Source: an uncultured bacterium
GTDB lineage: Bacteria; Patescibacteriota; Minisyncoccia; Phycocordibacterales; Phycocordibacteraceae
DNA length: 64,000 nt
Reading direction: 5' to 3'
NCBI GenBank assembly: GCA_937879955.1
Contig: CALFMK010000003.1
Coordinates: 12,581 to 76,580, forward strand
Shown one piece after another: positions 55,575 to 64,000 of the stretch. A program made the position numbers and the translations under genes. Below the pieces are notes generated by a model. That model searched no databases, was not told the DNA's origin, and saw only the letters and a list, made by a program, of their open reading frames with translations. Within the stretch, counting starts at the first letter, position 1, and each line of letters opens with the position of its first letter.

Positions 55575-56057
55575 ATGAGACCCCGCGGCTTCACCCTCAT
55601 CGAGCTCCTCGTCGTCATCGCCATCATCGGCATCCTCTCATCCGTCGTGCTCGCGTCCCTTAATACCGCTCGCGGGAAGGCGAACGACGCCCGCAGGCTC
55701 CAGGACCTCCAGCAGATCGCGAAGGCGCTCACCATCTACCGCATCGACAACGGGAAGTTCCCGGACCCTGCAGGCTGCTACAGCGTCACGAAGAACGCGA
55801 ATGAGGCCTACGGGCTCGACAATACGACCGCGATCATCCCGAATTTCATAGGCACCTACATGTCTTCCGTGCCGGGCGATCCCGTGTACTCCTCTCTCGG
55901 AAGAGGAGGGAATTACATGTACTTCAACCAGAATGGCGGGAATAGCGTGACTCTCTGGGCCATCCTCGAATCTTCGGCCGGGAACGGCACTACGTCCCCG
56001 GGCCTCTGCGGGACTACGAAGATCTATAACTACTACCTGACGGTCCCGGGAGCCTAG
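55575..56057 (+). CDS. type IV pilin-like protein
   Basis: MRPRG|FTLIELLVVIAIIGILSSVVLASL; ATG at 55575 preferred over the TTG at 55560 (TACTAT box 6 nt upstream). Confidence 0.7.
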   Translation: MRPRGFTLIELLVVIAIIGILSSVVLASLNTARGKANDARRLQDLQQIAKALTIYRIDNGKFPDPAGCYSVTKNANEAYGLDNTTAIIPNFIGTYMSSVPGDPVYSSLGRGGNYMYFNQNGGNSVTLWAILESSAGNGTTSPGLCGTTKIYNYYLTVPGA

Positions 56058-56066
56058 CACTTACGT

Positions 56067-56573
56067 ATGAACAGCATGCCGATACTGACGCATTCGAATC
56101 GCTTGAAAATGGGCTTCACCTTGATCGAGCTCCTCGTCGTCATCGCGATTATCGGCATCCTCTCCTCAGTTGTGCTTGCGAGCCTGAACACTGCTCGCGC
56201 CCGTGCTCGCGATAATGCTCGCATCTCGGCGCTCCGAGAGGTCCAGAAGGCGCTCTCGCTCTATTATCTCGACAATGGGGCCTATCCCTCGACCGGCGGA
56301 GGCTGGTACGGATCGAATCCGAGCTGTTACGGAGGGTATGGGGATGCGGCTGCGCCTGGGCTCGTTCCTACCTATATCAGCCAGATGCCCATAGAGCAGA
56401 AGCCGCTATCAGGCTCTTCCTGCTATCTCTATCGCTCGGACGGTACGAATTACAAGTATATGGCGCACATAAGCATGGAAACCTGCGCAGCAGGATCCTG
56501 CCCCCTCCAGGATCCTTCGAGGACCACCCAGGTCACGTCTTCGGTATATAGCGAGGGAGGGGCAGGGTTCTAG
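56067..56573 (+). CDS. type IV pilin-like protein (start uncertain: 56067 with a 16-aa leader, or 56109 MG|FTLIE)
   Basis: ...LKMGFTLIELLVVIAIIGILSSVVLASL. Confidence 0.65.
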   Translation: MNSMPILTHSNRLKMGFTLIELLVVIAIIGILSSVVLASLNTARARARDNARISALREVQKALSLYYLDNGAYPSTGGGWYGSNPSCYGGYGDAAAPGLVPTYISQMPIEQKPLSGSSCYLYRSDGTNYKYMAHISMETCAAGSCPLQDPSRTTQVTSSVYSEGGAGF

Positions 56574-56625
56574 CCCTGCCGGGGCCATTGTACGGCGGAA
56601 ATGCGTGTGATATAGTCGGGAAATC

Positions 56626-57339
56626 ATGACTGAAGCAACCCAGACCGCAGCACAGAGCGGCCCAGGCGTCGAGCGTCTTTTCGGCGCTGGCGCTCATTTC
56701 GCACAGGTAAAGAGCCGTCGTCACCCGACGATGCGCCCGTTCGTACTCGGCGCTAAGAGCAATGTCGAGATCTTCGACCTCAAGAAGACCGACGAGCAGC
56801 TCGCGAAGGCCAAGGAGGTGATGAGCGCGATGGCGCGCGATGGTAAGGTCGTCCTCATCGTCGGCGGGAAGCGCGAGGCACAGGATGCCGTGAAGGCGGC
56901 TGGCAAGCGCCTCGGCGTCGCCTACATCGCTGGCCGCTGGCTCGGCGGAACCCTCTCCAACTTCACGGAGATCAAGAAGCGCATCGACCGCCTCGCGGAC
57001 CTCTCCGCGAAGCGCGATTCCGGCGAGCTCGCGAAGCTCTACACCAAGCTCGAGCGCGTGAAGATTGACCGCGAGATCGACAAGCTCACGCTCCGTCTCT
57101 CGGGCGCGACCAGCCTCACGCGCCGTCCTGACATGATGATCATCGTCGACACCAAGCACGAGGGCCATGCATCCCGCGAGGCTCGCTCGCTCGGCGTACC
57201 GGTCATCGGCATCATGAGCTCCGACTGCGACCTCAAGGACGCGACCTACCCGATCGTCGTCAACGACGCATCCCGCGACGTGCTCTCGCTCGTCCTCGGC
57301 GAGCTCGCTTCCGCCTACGAGGCTGGCCTCAAGGGCTAA
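56626..57339 (+). CDS. rpsB: 30S ribosomal protein S2
   Basis: 237 aa; FGAGAHFAQVKSRRHPTMRPFV, VLIVGGKREAQ, GRWLGGTLSNF. Confidence 0.9.
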   Translation: MTEATQTAAQSGPGVERLFGAGAHFAQVKSRRHPTMRPFVLGAKSNVEIFDLKKTDEQLAKAKEVMSAMARDGKVVLIVGGKREAQDAVKAAGKRLGVAYIAGRWLGGTLSNFTEIKKRIDRLADLSAKRDSGELAKLYTKLERVKIDREIDKLTLRLSGATSLTRRPDMMIIVDTKHEGHASREARSLGVPVIGIMSSDCDLKDATYPIVVNDASRDVLSLVLGELASAYEAGLKG

Positions 57340-57401
57340 CGAAACCGCGCGACAGCGTGTGCAGGGCGCTCTATATACTCTAGAACCTTAACCTGATACC
57401 C

Positions 57402-57983
57402 ATGGAAATCTCTCTCGATACCGTCAAGATCCTCCGCGACAAGACCGGCGTCTCTATCATGCAGTGCCGCAAGGCGCTCGAAGAGGCCGAGGGCGATATG
57501 GACAAGGCCGAGGTCATCCTCAAGAAGCGCTCCGGCGCGGCTGCGGACAAGTCGGCGGATCGCGAGCTCGGTGCGGGCAGCATCGGGACGTATGTCCATG
57601 ACGGCGTCGTAGGCGCGATGGTGCTCCTCTCGTCCGAGACCGACTTCGTGTCGAAGAACGCGGAGTTCGTGGACCTCGCGCGCGCTATCGCGATGCACAT
57701 CGCCGCGACCAACCCTTCCGTCCTCACAAGCGACGAGATCTCGGAGAGCGCGAAGGCCGCCGCCATGTCGATCTTCAAGGAGGAGGTGAAGGACAAGCCT
57801 GCCGAGATGCAGGAGAAGATCCTCGAGGGTAAGATGGCGTCCTACTTCAAGGACCAGGTGCTCCTCGACCAGGCCTACATCCGCGACGAGTCGAAGACCA
57901 TCCGCGACCTCCTCAACGAGGCGACCCACAAGTTCGGCGAGCGCGTCGTGATATCGAAGTTCGCGCGCTTCTCCGCTCGCTAA
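57402..57983 (+). CDS. tsf: elongation factor Ts (short form)
   Basis: 193 aa; N-terminal UBA-like KILRDKTGVSIMQCRKALEEAEGDMDKA, dimerisation core. Confidence 0.85.
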   Translation: MEISLDTVKILRDKTGVSIMQCRKALEEAEGDMDKAEVILKKRSGAAADKSADRELGAGSIGTYVHDGVVGAMVLLSSETDFVSKNAEFVDLARAIAMHIAATNPSVLTSDEISESAKAAAMSIFKEEVKDKPAEMQEKILEGKMASYFKDQVLLDQAYIRDESKTIRDLLNEATHKFGERVVISKFARFSAR

Positions 57984-57987
57984 TCCT

Positions 57988-58011
57988 GAAGGCCGGAACA
58001 GTCCGGCCTTC
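57988..58011 (+). terminator. Rho-independent terminator (gaaggccgga-acag-tccggccttc)
   Basis: Seen in sequence. Confidence 0.7.
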
Positions 58012-58020
58012 TCCCGTATC

Positions 58021-58455
58021 ATGATTTTCATCATCCTCATCGCGCTCTCGCTCATCCTGCTCGGCGGGTTCCTCCTGCTCGTCTCGTTCGAGCGCGGACG
58101 GGGGCTGCGCATCATGGGGAACTGGCGCAACGCGCTCGACCGGAAGGTAGCGCGTGCCGCCTTCATCGCGCGCCATGTGGACTGGGGCGCGTTCGTGAAG
58201 CATCTCGCGTCTACGGCAACCGAGCGCGTCCTGCATGACGTCGCGCACGTGGTGCTGCGCCTCGTGCGGAGCATGGAGCGCCTCCTCACGCGCGCCGTGA
58301 AGAGCCTGCGCGAGCGCCGCGGTCTCGCGGTGTCCGAGGACCCTGCGGAAGGGAAGGCGAACGCGTTTCAGGCTGGCGTGGCGAAGGTGCGCACCGCGCT
58401 CAGGAACGCGCGCCGTGCCGCCCGCAAGCAGCCGCGCAAGGTACGGAGCGACTAA
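58021..58455 (+). CDS. hypothetical membrane protein (N-terminal TM, basic C-terminus)
   Basis: MIFIILIALSLILLGGFLLLVSF...; no family recognised. Confidence 0.45.
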   Translation: MIFIILIALSLILLGGFLLLVSFERGRGLRIMGNWRNALDRKVARAAFIARHVDWGAFVKHLASTATERVLHDVAHVVLRLVRSMERLLTRAVKSLRERRGLAVSEDPAEGKANAFQAGVAKVRTALRNARRAARKQPRKVRSD

Positions 58456-58505
58456 GGTTGCTTGCGGGGTTATCCAGAGCCCGTATACTCGAAGAACACA
58501 TCCCC

Positions 58506-58581
58506 GCCGGGATAGCTCAGTTGGTAGAGCAATTGTTTTGTAAACAATAGGTCGCCGGTTCAAGCCCGGCTCCCGGCTCCA
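58506..58581 (+). tRNA. tRNA-Thr (anticodon UGU), CCA encoded
   Basis: Hand-folded cloverleaf: acceptor gccggga/tcccggc, D-arm gctc-agttggta-gagc, anticodon loop tTTGTAa, T-arm gccgg-ttcaagc-ccggc, 3' tCCA; TATACT box at 58484. Confidence 0.8.
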
Positions 58582-58637
58582 CATAACTTTATAGAAAATT
58601 CAACGCTACCTTATCGGTCATTTCCTAAGATGAGGGA

Positions 58638-59261
58638 ATGGAAGAGTTAGAAGTTAAGGTCATTAGGTACTACGTCGACGAAGAGCTTTCCGAAGCGCAG
58701 ATTTGCGAGAAGATCGGTTTGCCTAGTAAGACGGTACGGAGAATTCTGCAATCGAATCGGATAGTAAAGAGAAGTATAAGCGAAGCGATTCGCTGCTTGA
58801 ACGTAACAAAATTCGGAAAGGGAAGGTTTTCGCTCAAGAAAATACTCGATACGCAGGACGAGCTCCTGAGAGCCTCGGGAGTGATGTTGTATTGGGGTGA
58901 AGGTTCCAAGCAGGGTAGGAAAGTCTGTTTCGCGAATTCCGATCCAGAGATGATCCGAGTATTCCTCGAATTCCTGAGAAGGATATGCGGAGTTAGTGAA
59001 CAGCGTCTCCGTATAGCGGTCCATTACTACGAGGATCATAATATCGAGTCACTTACGCAATTCTGGTCCGATGTATCAGGTATACCTACGACCCAATTCC
59101 ATAAACCACAGCTACACAAGAGACGTCCTACGGGAACGTATAGAAATCCATCTCGGTATGGAACGGTCTCAATTCAATACTCCGATTCTGAGTTGTTATC
59201 CGTGATAATGCTCTGGACGAGAGAATACAAATCCTCATTCTTAAAAGAGAAAAGCGCCTGA
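58638..59261 (+). CDS. AT-rich gene: N-terminal HTH plus LAGLIDADG-like (GEGSK variant) domain protein; possible homing-endonuclease-like selfish element adjacent to the tRNA
   Basis: 207 aa; markedly lower GC than the genome; SD GAGGGA upstream; ELSEAQICEKIGLPSKTVRRIL HTH; MLYWGEGSKQGRKVCFANSDPEMIRVFLEFL resembles LAGLIDADG_3-type motifs. Family call is tentative. Confidence 0.35.
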   Translation: MEELEVKVIRYYVDEELSEAQICEKIGLPSKTVRRILQSNRIVKRSISEAIRCLNVTKFGKGRFSLKKILDTQDELLRASGVMLYWGEGSKQGRKVCFANSDPEMIRVFLEFLRRICGVSEQRLRIAVHYYEDHNIESLTQFWSDVSGIPTTQFHKPQLHKRRPTGTYRNPSRYGTVSIQYSDSELLSVIMLWTREYKSSFLKEKSA

Positions 59262-59283
59262 TCTTGAGATCAGGCGCTTTCCG
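59250..59283. terminator. Bidirectional intrinsic terminator (aaaagcgcctgatc-ttga-gatcaggcgcttt)
   Basis: Perfect 13-bp stem between convergent genes. Confidence 0.8.
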
Positions 59284-59290
59284 TTGAAAC

Positions 59291-59971
59291 CTACTTCTTT
59301 TTCGTGCTGGTCGCGGTGCTCGTGGCGAAGAGCTCTTTCGGGAAGAGCTTCTGGAACGACTCGACGTCGGTGAAGCCGTACGAGTGCTTGCCCTCGATCA
59401 CGAAGGCAGGGAACTTCGGCTCGACCTTCTCCACGGCGATGAGGGTCTTGAGCGCGCCGAGGTCGAGGTTGTAGTCGAAGGAGTAGACGCGGAGCTGCGG
59501 GTACGTCTGGCGGAGGAAGGAGAGGGCGTAGCTCGCGCGGTCGCAGCTCTCGCAGGTGCCGGCCTCGTTCGAGTAGAAGTAGAGCGCGGTGACGGGCTCG
59601 ATGTCGCAGGTCTTCGCGATCCGCTGCGCGAGGATGTAGTCGCGGATCTGGAGGAGCGTGTACTGCTTCTTCAGGCGGAGTACCTCGGGATTGTCGGAGC
59701 CGAGGCGGGATTCCGCGACGCCGAGGCGGTCGCCGAGCGAGGATACCTCGCTCGTGAGGTCGGTGCCGACCGTGAGGTCCGCGCACGGCGCGTTCTCGAG
59801 GAGCGCGAACTGCGTCTCCACCGAGAGGGTGTCGGTGGCGAGCTGGCTCTGGATGGCGTCGAGCTCGGCGATGCGCTGGCGGTCGAGCTGGTGGATGGCC
59901 GCCACGATGGTGCCGATGATGGCGACCGTGATGGCGAGGGCGAGCAGGGCGTTACGGGTTCCGAGTGACAT
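59291..59971 (-). CDS. membrane-anchored thioredoxin/glutaredoxin-fold protein with CxxC (CESC) motif
   Basis: 226 aa; N-terminal TM; LYFYSNEAGTCESCD (beta-strand + CxxC) and later KFPAFVIEGKHSYGF (cis-Pro loop-like). Confidence 0.4.
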   Translation of the reverse strand: MSLGTRNALLALAITVAIIGTIVAAIHQLDRQRIAELDAIQSQLATDTLSVETQFALLENAPCADLTVGTDLTSEVSSLGDRLGVAESRLGSDNPEVLRLKKQYTLLQIRDYILAQRIAKTCDIEPVTALYFYSNEAGTCESCDRASYALSFLRQTYPQLRVYSFDYNLDLGALKTLIAVEKVEPKFPAFVIEGKHSYGFTDVESFQKLFPKELFATSTATSTKKK

Positions 59972-59995
59972 AGATAAGAAGGTTAAGAAAGGCTG

Positions 59996-61234
59996 TTACC
60001 GCCATGCGCGGCGCTTGCCGGTAAGCACATCATACATGGAGCGCATGAGCCAGAACGGAGCGATGAAGGCGTAGATGAACGAGTAGCCGATGATGCCGAG
60101 CACGATCTCCGCCGGCGTGTTCGACACGTGGCGACCGATCAGTACCAGGGAGACCGAGAGGATGCCCACGACGAGGCTCGTGACGAGGAGGAACGTCACC
60201 GGCACGTAGAACCAGTCGGCACTGAAGCGGGGAAGGAGCGTGTAGGAGAGCGGGATGCCTTCGGTGAGCGCGTGGGTCTTGAGGATGTTGAGGATGAGCG
60301 AGACCATCGCCACGATGAAGAGGAAGGCGCCGCCCACGATCGCCACGAAGCCGAGCGGGAGCACCATGAGCCCGAGGATGCCGTACTTCGGGTTCCCGAC
60401 GAGGTCGCGGTAGTCGGTCATCACGTTCCGGAGGAATCCGGTGGTCCAGCGCGTGCGCTGCTTGATGAGCTTGCCGACCTGGCGCGGGACCTTGGTGTAG
60501 ACCCGCGAGCGCGGCGCGTTCTCGATCTCGTAGCCGGCGCGCTGGATGCGGAGCGCCATCTCCATGTCCTCGGCCTGGTGCGCATGACGGAATCCGCCGA
60601 GCTCCTCGATAACGGAGCGGCGATAGAAGGAGAACGGCCCGGGCGTCACGTAGATGCCGTTCACGGCCGAGAGCGCGTGACGCGCCGCGATGCCGATGAT
60701 GTACTCGGCGTTCTGCATCTGCTCGAGGAGGTTCTTCGGCTGGAACACGGACATGGCAGGCGTCGCCGCGGCTACCTCGGGCCTGTCGAAGCACGGGATC
60801 ATCTCGCGCAGCGCGTCAGGCGCCACGAACGAGTCGGCGTCGAGGCAGCCGACGAACTCGGCGTCCTTCGCGATCTCGATGCCCTTGTTGATCGCGGTGT
60901 GCTTCCCCCCGTTCTCCTTGTGCACGACCGTGATCTGCGGGTTGCCGATATAGGAGTCCATCACCTCCTTGGTGTTGTCCGTCGAGCCGTCGTTCACGAG
61001 GATGATCTGGAGGCGGTCCTTCGGATAGTCCATGGCGAGCAGGGAGCGGACGGTCCCGTCGATGGTGTCCTGCTCGTTCCAGCACGGGACGATGATCGCC
61101 ACCTTGGGCGTGCTGCCCCCGGCGATGCGCTTGCGGCGCTCCTTGGCGGGCCCCGAGAGGAAGGTGAGCAGCATGAACACCTCGAAATAGAGGCCGAGGA
61201 AGAGGAACGGATACGCGAGTATCTCGAGTGACAT
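59996..61234 (-). CDS. processive family-2 glycosyltransferase (NodC/PgaC/HasA/cellulose-synthase-like)
   Basis: Start reassigned to MSLEILAY at 61234 (the ORF-track extension to 61996 overlaps pheS on the opposite strand); motifs VNDGSTDNT (D,D), CLDADSFV (DxD), QRTRWTTG (QxxRW); 2 N-terminal + ~4 C-terminal TM helices. Confidence 0.7.
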   Translation of the reverse strand: MSLEILAYPFLFLGLYFEVFMLLTFLSGPAKERRKRIAGGSTPKVAIIVPCWNEQDTIDGTVRSLLAMDYPKDRLQIILVNDGSTDNTKEVMDSYIGNPQITVVHKENGGKHTAINKGIEIAKDAEFVGCLDADSFVAPDALREMIPCFDRPEVAAATPAMSVFQPKNLLEQMQNAEYIIGIAARHALSAVNGIYVTPGPFSFYRRSVIEELGGFRHAHQAEDMEMALRIQRAGYEIENAPRSRVYTKVPRQVGKLIKQRTRWTTGFLRNVMTDYRDLVGNPKYGILGLMVLPLGFVAIVGGAFLFIVAMVSLILNILKTHALTEGIPLSYTLLPRFSADWFYVPVTFLLVTSLVVGILSVSLVLIGRHVSNTPAEIVLGIIGYSFIYAFIAPFWLMRSMYDVLTGKRRAWR

Positions 61235-61295
61235 AGAGGGCCAGGAGTTCTCGTAAGCATAGCAAATACGCCTGTTTTTTCTAGGAAGCGCCGTG

Positions 61296-61301
61296 TATAC
61301 T
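61296..61301 (+). promoter_or_regulatory. -10-like TATACT 8 nt upstream of the pheS ATG
   Basis: ccgtgTATACTccttccatATG. Confidence 0.4.
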
Positions 61302-61309
61302 CCTTCCAT

Positions 61310-62044
61310 ATGGCATCCGGCCGCCTTCATCCGATTTCCGTCGCGGTGCGCGACATCGCGACCATCTTCGGCCGCATGGGATTCGGTATCGCGTACGGCC
61401 CTGAGCTCGAGGACGAGTGGCATAACTTCGACGCGCTGCGCGTGCCCGCGGACCATCCGGCGCGCGACATGCAGGACACGTTCTGGACGAAGGAGGAGCC
61501 GCATCGCGTCCCGCGCACGCACACGACCTCGGTCTCGGTCCGCTACCTCGAGCAGCTCGCCGCCGAAGGGAAGACCGAAGGGCGCATGATCGCGCCGAGC
61601 AAAGTCTTCCGGAACGAGGCCACCGACAGCACGCACGAGGCGCAGTTCTATCAGCTCGACGGGTTCGCGGTCGGGCCTATCGGCACCGTCACGCTCGCGC
61701 ACCTGAAGGGAACCTTCGACCGCTTCTATCAGGAGTACCTCGGCAAGGACGCGAAGGTGCGCTTCCGTCCGAGCTTCTTCCCGTTCGTCGAGCCGGGCGT
61801 CGAGATCGACGTCTGGTACGAGGCGCCGGGGAAGGAAGGCCGCTGGCTCGAGGTCGCGGGCGCGGGCATGCTGCATCCGGAAGTGATCAAGAACGCCGGG
61901 CTCGATCCTGAGAAGGTCGGGGGCTTCGCGTTCGGCGGCGGCATCGAGCGTCTCCTCATGATCAAGCACGGCATCCCGGACGTCCGCGCCTTCCATGGCG
62001 GCGACATCCGCTTCGTATACGGGTTCGATCAGACACTCTCATAG
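61310..62044 (+). CDS. pheS: phenylalanine--tRNA ligase alpha subunit (catalytic core only, no N-terminal extension)
   Basis: 244 aa; class II motifs FRPSFFPFVEPGVEIDV, GAGMLHPEV, FAFGGGIERL. Confidence 0.85.
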   Translation: MASGRLHPISVAVRDIATIFGRMGFGIAYGPELEDEWHNFDALRVPADHPARDMQDTFWTKEEPHRVPRTHTTSVSVRYLEQLAAEGKTEGRMIAPSKVFRNEATDSTHEAQFYQLDGFAVGPIGTVTLAHLKGTFDRFYQEYLGKDAKVRFRPSFFPFVEPGVEIDVWYEAPGKEGRWLEVAGAGMLHPEVIKNAGLDPEKVGGFAFGGGIERLLMIKHGIPDVRAFHGGDIRFVYGFDQTLS

Positions 62045-62046
62045 AT

Positions 62047-63969
62047 ATGGCTATCAGCATGAAGACATCGAGGAAATGGCTGCAGGGCTATTTCGACGCG
62101 CCGCTCCCTGACGCGGAGGCGCTCGCCGACGCGCTCACGTTCCATGTGGCCGAGGTGGAGGAGGCCAAGGACGATCTCATAGACGTGAACATCCTGCCGG
62201 ACCGCGCGAGCTACATGCTCAGCCATCGCGGCGTGGCGAAAGAGCTCGCGAGCGCGCTCGACCTTCCTTTGAAGCGTGATCCGCTCAAGGAGGAGCTTCC
62301 CGAATACCCTTCGAACGGACGTCTCTCCGTCTCGCTCGACGAGGACAGGAAGTGCGTGCGCTACATCGGCGCGCTCGTGACGGGCGTGAAGGTCGGTCCG
62401 TCGCCCGACTGGCTCAAGGAGGCGCTCCTGGGTGTCGGCCAGCGCTCGATCAACAACGTCGTCGACGCGACCAACTACGTGATGCTCGATATCGGACAGC
62501 CGCTCCATGCGTTCGACGCGGGCAAGCTCGTCGCGCGCGAAGGGAAGTACGCTATCAGCGTCCGTCCCGCAACGGCAGGAGAGAAGATCACTACGCTCAC
62601 CGGAGAGGAGTACCTGCTACCGGAAGGGACGCTCCTTATCGCCGACGGGAACGATACCGGCAAGGCCGCGCTCGGCATCGCGGGCGTGAAGGGCGGTACG
62701 CGCGCGAAGGTGGACGAGGGTACGACCGACATCCTCGTCGAGGCGGCCAGCTTCGACGGCGCGCTCGTCCGCAAGACGTCGCAGGCATTGAAGCTCTTCA
62801 CGGACGCGTCGAGCCGGTTCCAGAACAAGCCGTCCGCGGCGCTTGCGAACTACGGCATGCGCGATGTCCTCGCGCTCATCCAGAACGTGGCGGGTGGCGA
62901 GATCGTCGACGTGGTCGACGTGTCCGAGGCCGCGCTCGAGCCGCGTACCGTGTCGGTATCGCTCGCGCGCATCAATGCGCTCCTCGGCTCCTCCTATGCG
63001 GCCGGCGACGTCCGTACGGCGCTCGAGACGCTCGGCTTCTCGTACACCGAGACCGAGGACGCCTTCATCGTGCTCTCTCCCTTCGAGCGCAACGACCTCA
63101 TGATCCCCGAGGACCTCGTCGAGGAGATCGGGCGCACGCTCGGATACGACGGCCTCGCATCCGTGGAGCTCCCGCTGCTGCAGGGTGTACCGGACCAGGC
63201 GAAGTACCGCGGCATCGAGCGCATCCGCGACTTCCTCGTCGAGCGCGGCTTCGCGGAGATCTCCACGCAGTCCTTCGCCGCGGAAGGGGAGATCGAGCTC
63301 GAGAACCCGCTCCAGTCGGACAAGCCGTTCCTGCGCGCGACGCTCGTCCCGAACCTGAAGGATGCGCTCACACGCGCGGCGCTGGTGGCGCCGCGCGTGC
63401 TCGGTCCCGATCCGTTCGTGAAGCTCTTCGAGATCGGGAACGTATTCTCGAAGGGCGGCGAGTCGACCGTGCTCTCGCTCGGCGTGGTCGCGACCGCAGG
63501 GAAGCCTGCGGCGGCGGCGAACGCGCTCAAGGAGTACGTCGCGACGCTGGAGCAGGAGCTCTTCCAGGTGCCTGGGGCTGCATCGCTCACCCTCGACGGT
63601 CAGATGGCGGAGGTGAACCTGAGCAAGCTCAATCTCGAGAAGCTCGGCGAGGACTATGCCCCGATATCGGTATCGCAGGGCGCGTACCGGCCGTTCTCGC
63701 CGTACCCGTTCGCGCTCCGCGACATCGCGGTGTGGACGCCCGACGGCACCGAGGAGAGCGAGGTGACCATGGCGATCATAAAGGAGGCAGGGGAGTTCCT
63801 CGCGCGCATCGATCTCTTCGACCGGTTCGAGAAGGAAGGCCGCGTCTCGTATGCCTTCCGCCTGGTCTTCGAGTCCATGGACCGCACGCTCGCGGACACT
63901 GACCTCGATCCTGCCATGGCACGCATCACGGATGCGCTCAACGCGAAGGAGGGCTGGGAGGTGCGCTGA
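62047..63969 (+). CDS. pheT: phenylalanine--tRNA ligase beta subunit (short, 640 aa)
   Basis: N-terminal tRNA-binding-like domain; B3/4 region VDATNYVMLDIGQPLHAFD; C-terminal FDRFEK...YAFRLVF anticodon-binding-like end. Confidence 0.8.
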   Translation: MAISMKTSRKWLQGYFDAPLPDAEALADALTFHVAEVEEAKDDLIDVNILPDRASYMLSHRGVAKELASALDLPLKRDPLKEELPEYPSNGRLSVSLDEDRKCVRYIGALVTGVKVGPSPDWLKEALLGVGQRSINNVVDATNYVMLDIGQPLHAFDAGKLVAREGKYAISVRPATAGEKITTLTGEEYLLPEGTLLIADGNDTGKAALGIAGVKGGTRAKVDEGTTDILVEAASFDGALVRKTSQALKLFTDASSRFQNKPSAALANYGMRDVLALIQNVAGGEIVDVVDVSEAALEPRTVSVSLARINALLGSSYAAGDVRTALETLGFSYTETEDAFIVLSPFERNDLMIPEDLVEEIGRTLGYDGLASVELPLLQGVPDQAKYRGIERIRDFLVERGFAEISTQSFAAEGEIELENPLQSDKPFLRATLVPNLKDALTRAALVAPRVLGPDPFVKLFEIGNVFSKGGESTVLSLGVVATAGKPAAAANALKEYVATLEQELFQVPGAASLTLDGQMAEVNLSKLNLEKLGEDYAPISVSQGAYRPFSPYPFALRDIAVWTPDGTEESEVTMAIIKEAGEFLARIDLFDRFEKEGRVSYAFRLVFESMDRTLADTDLDPAMARITDALNAKEGWEVR

Positions 63970-64000
63970 AAACCCGCTCGTAGAGGCGATGCTATACTTT

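Noticed and set aside
61235-61996. N-terminal 254-codon extension of the GT2 ORF (59996..61996 -)
   Set aside because: The extension overlaps pheS on the opposite strand and is Arg/Asp/Leu-rich; the GT2 fold clearly begins at MSLEILAY (61234).

Overview
This is a high-GC (~65%) bacterial chromosomal segment densely packed with plus-strand genes. The gene content suggests a reduced-genome, possibly Patescibacteria/CPR-like organism; this taxonomic guess is inference only. Core genes include rsmI, murB, secA, obg, gatB, gap, rpiB, rpe, a split transketolase, a PfkB kinase, class I FBA, rplY, rpmE, prfA, rpsB, a short tsf, tRNA-Thr(UGU), a core-only pheS and a short pheT. A large surface-glycan locus spans ~7.6-25.5 kb: two SDR epimerases, six GT4 glycosyltransferases, a methyltransferase and an O-antigen-ligase/TPR fusion. 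Embedded in it is a ~5.8 kb lower-GC, minus-strand O-antigen-like island (GT, FdtA-like cupin, sugar C-methyltransferase, SDR epimerase, truncated Ugd-like, Wzx flippase). Accessory content is: (1) six type IV pilin-like genes scattered among housekeeping genes, plus a VirD4/TraD-like coupling ATPase whose promoter module is identical to that of one pilin gene; (2) a 7.4 kb gene for a 2462-aa membrane-anchored tail-fiber-like giant protein with an excisionase-like HTH N-terminus, ~14 'GNVGIGTTSP' repeats and a C-terminal S74 autochaperone domain, preceded by a 304-aa paralog sharing the same N-terminal domain; (3) a 186-bp direct repeat duplicating the rsmI 5' end around an inserted PgeF/YfiH-like gene; (4) an AT-rich region with a perfect 17-bp-arm palindrome upstream of a Lys/Ala-rich histone-like gene; (5) an AT-rich HTH/LAGLIDADG-like gene immediately after the tRNA. 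Most genes carry a TATACT -10 box 6-10 nt before the start codon and no Shine-Dalgarno sequence, suggesting leaderless mRNAs. No CRISPR array, rRNA or transposase was seen. Most long minus-strand ORFs in the track are GC-driven shadow ORFs.
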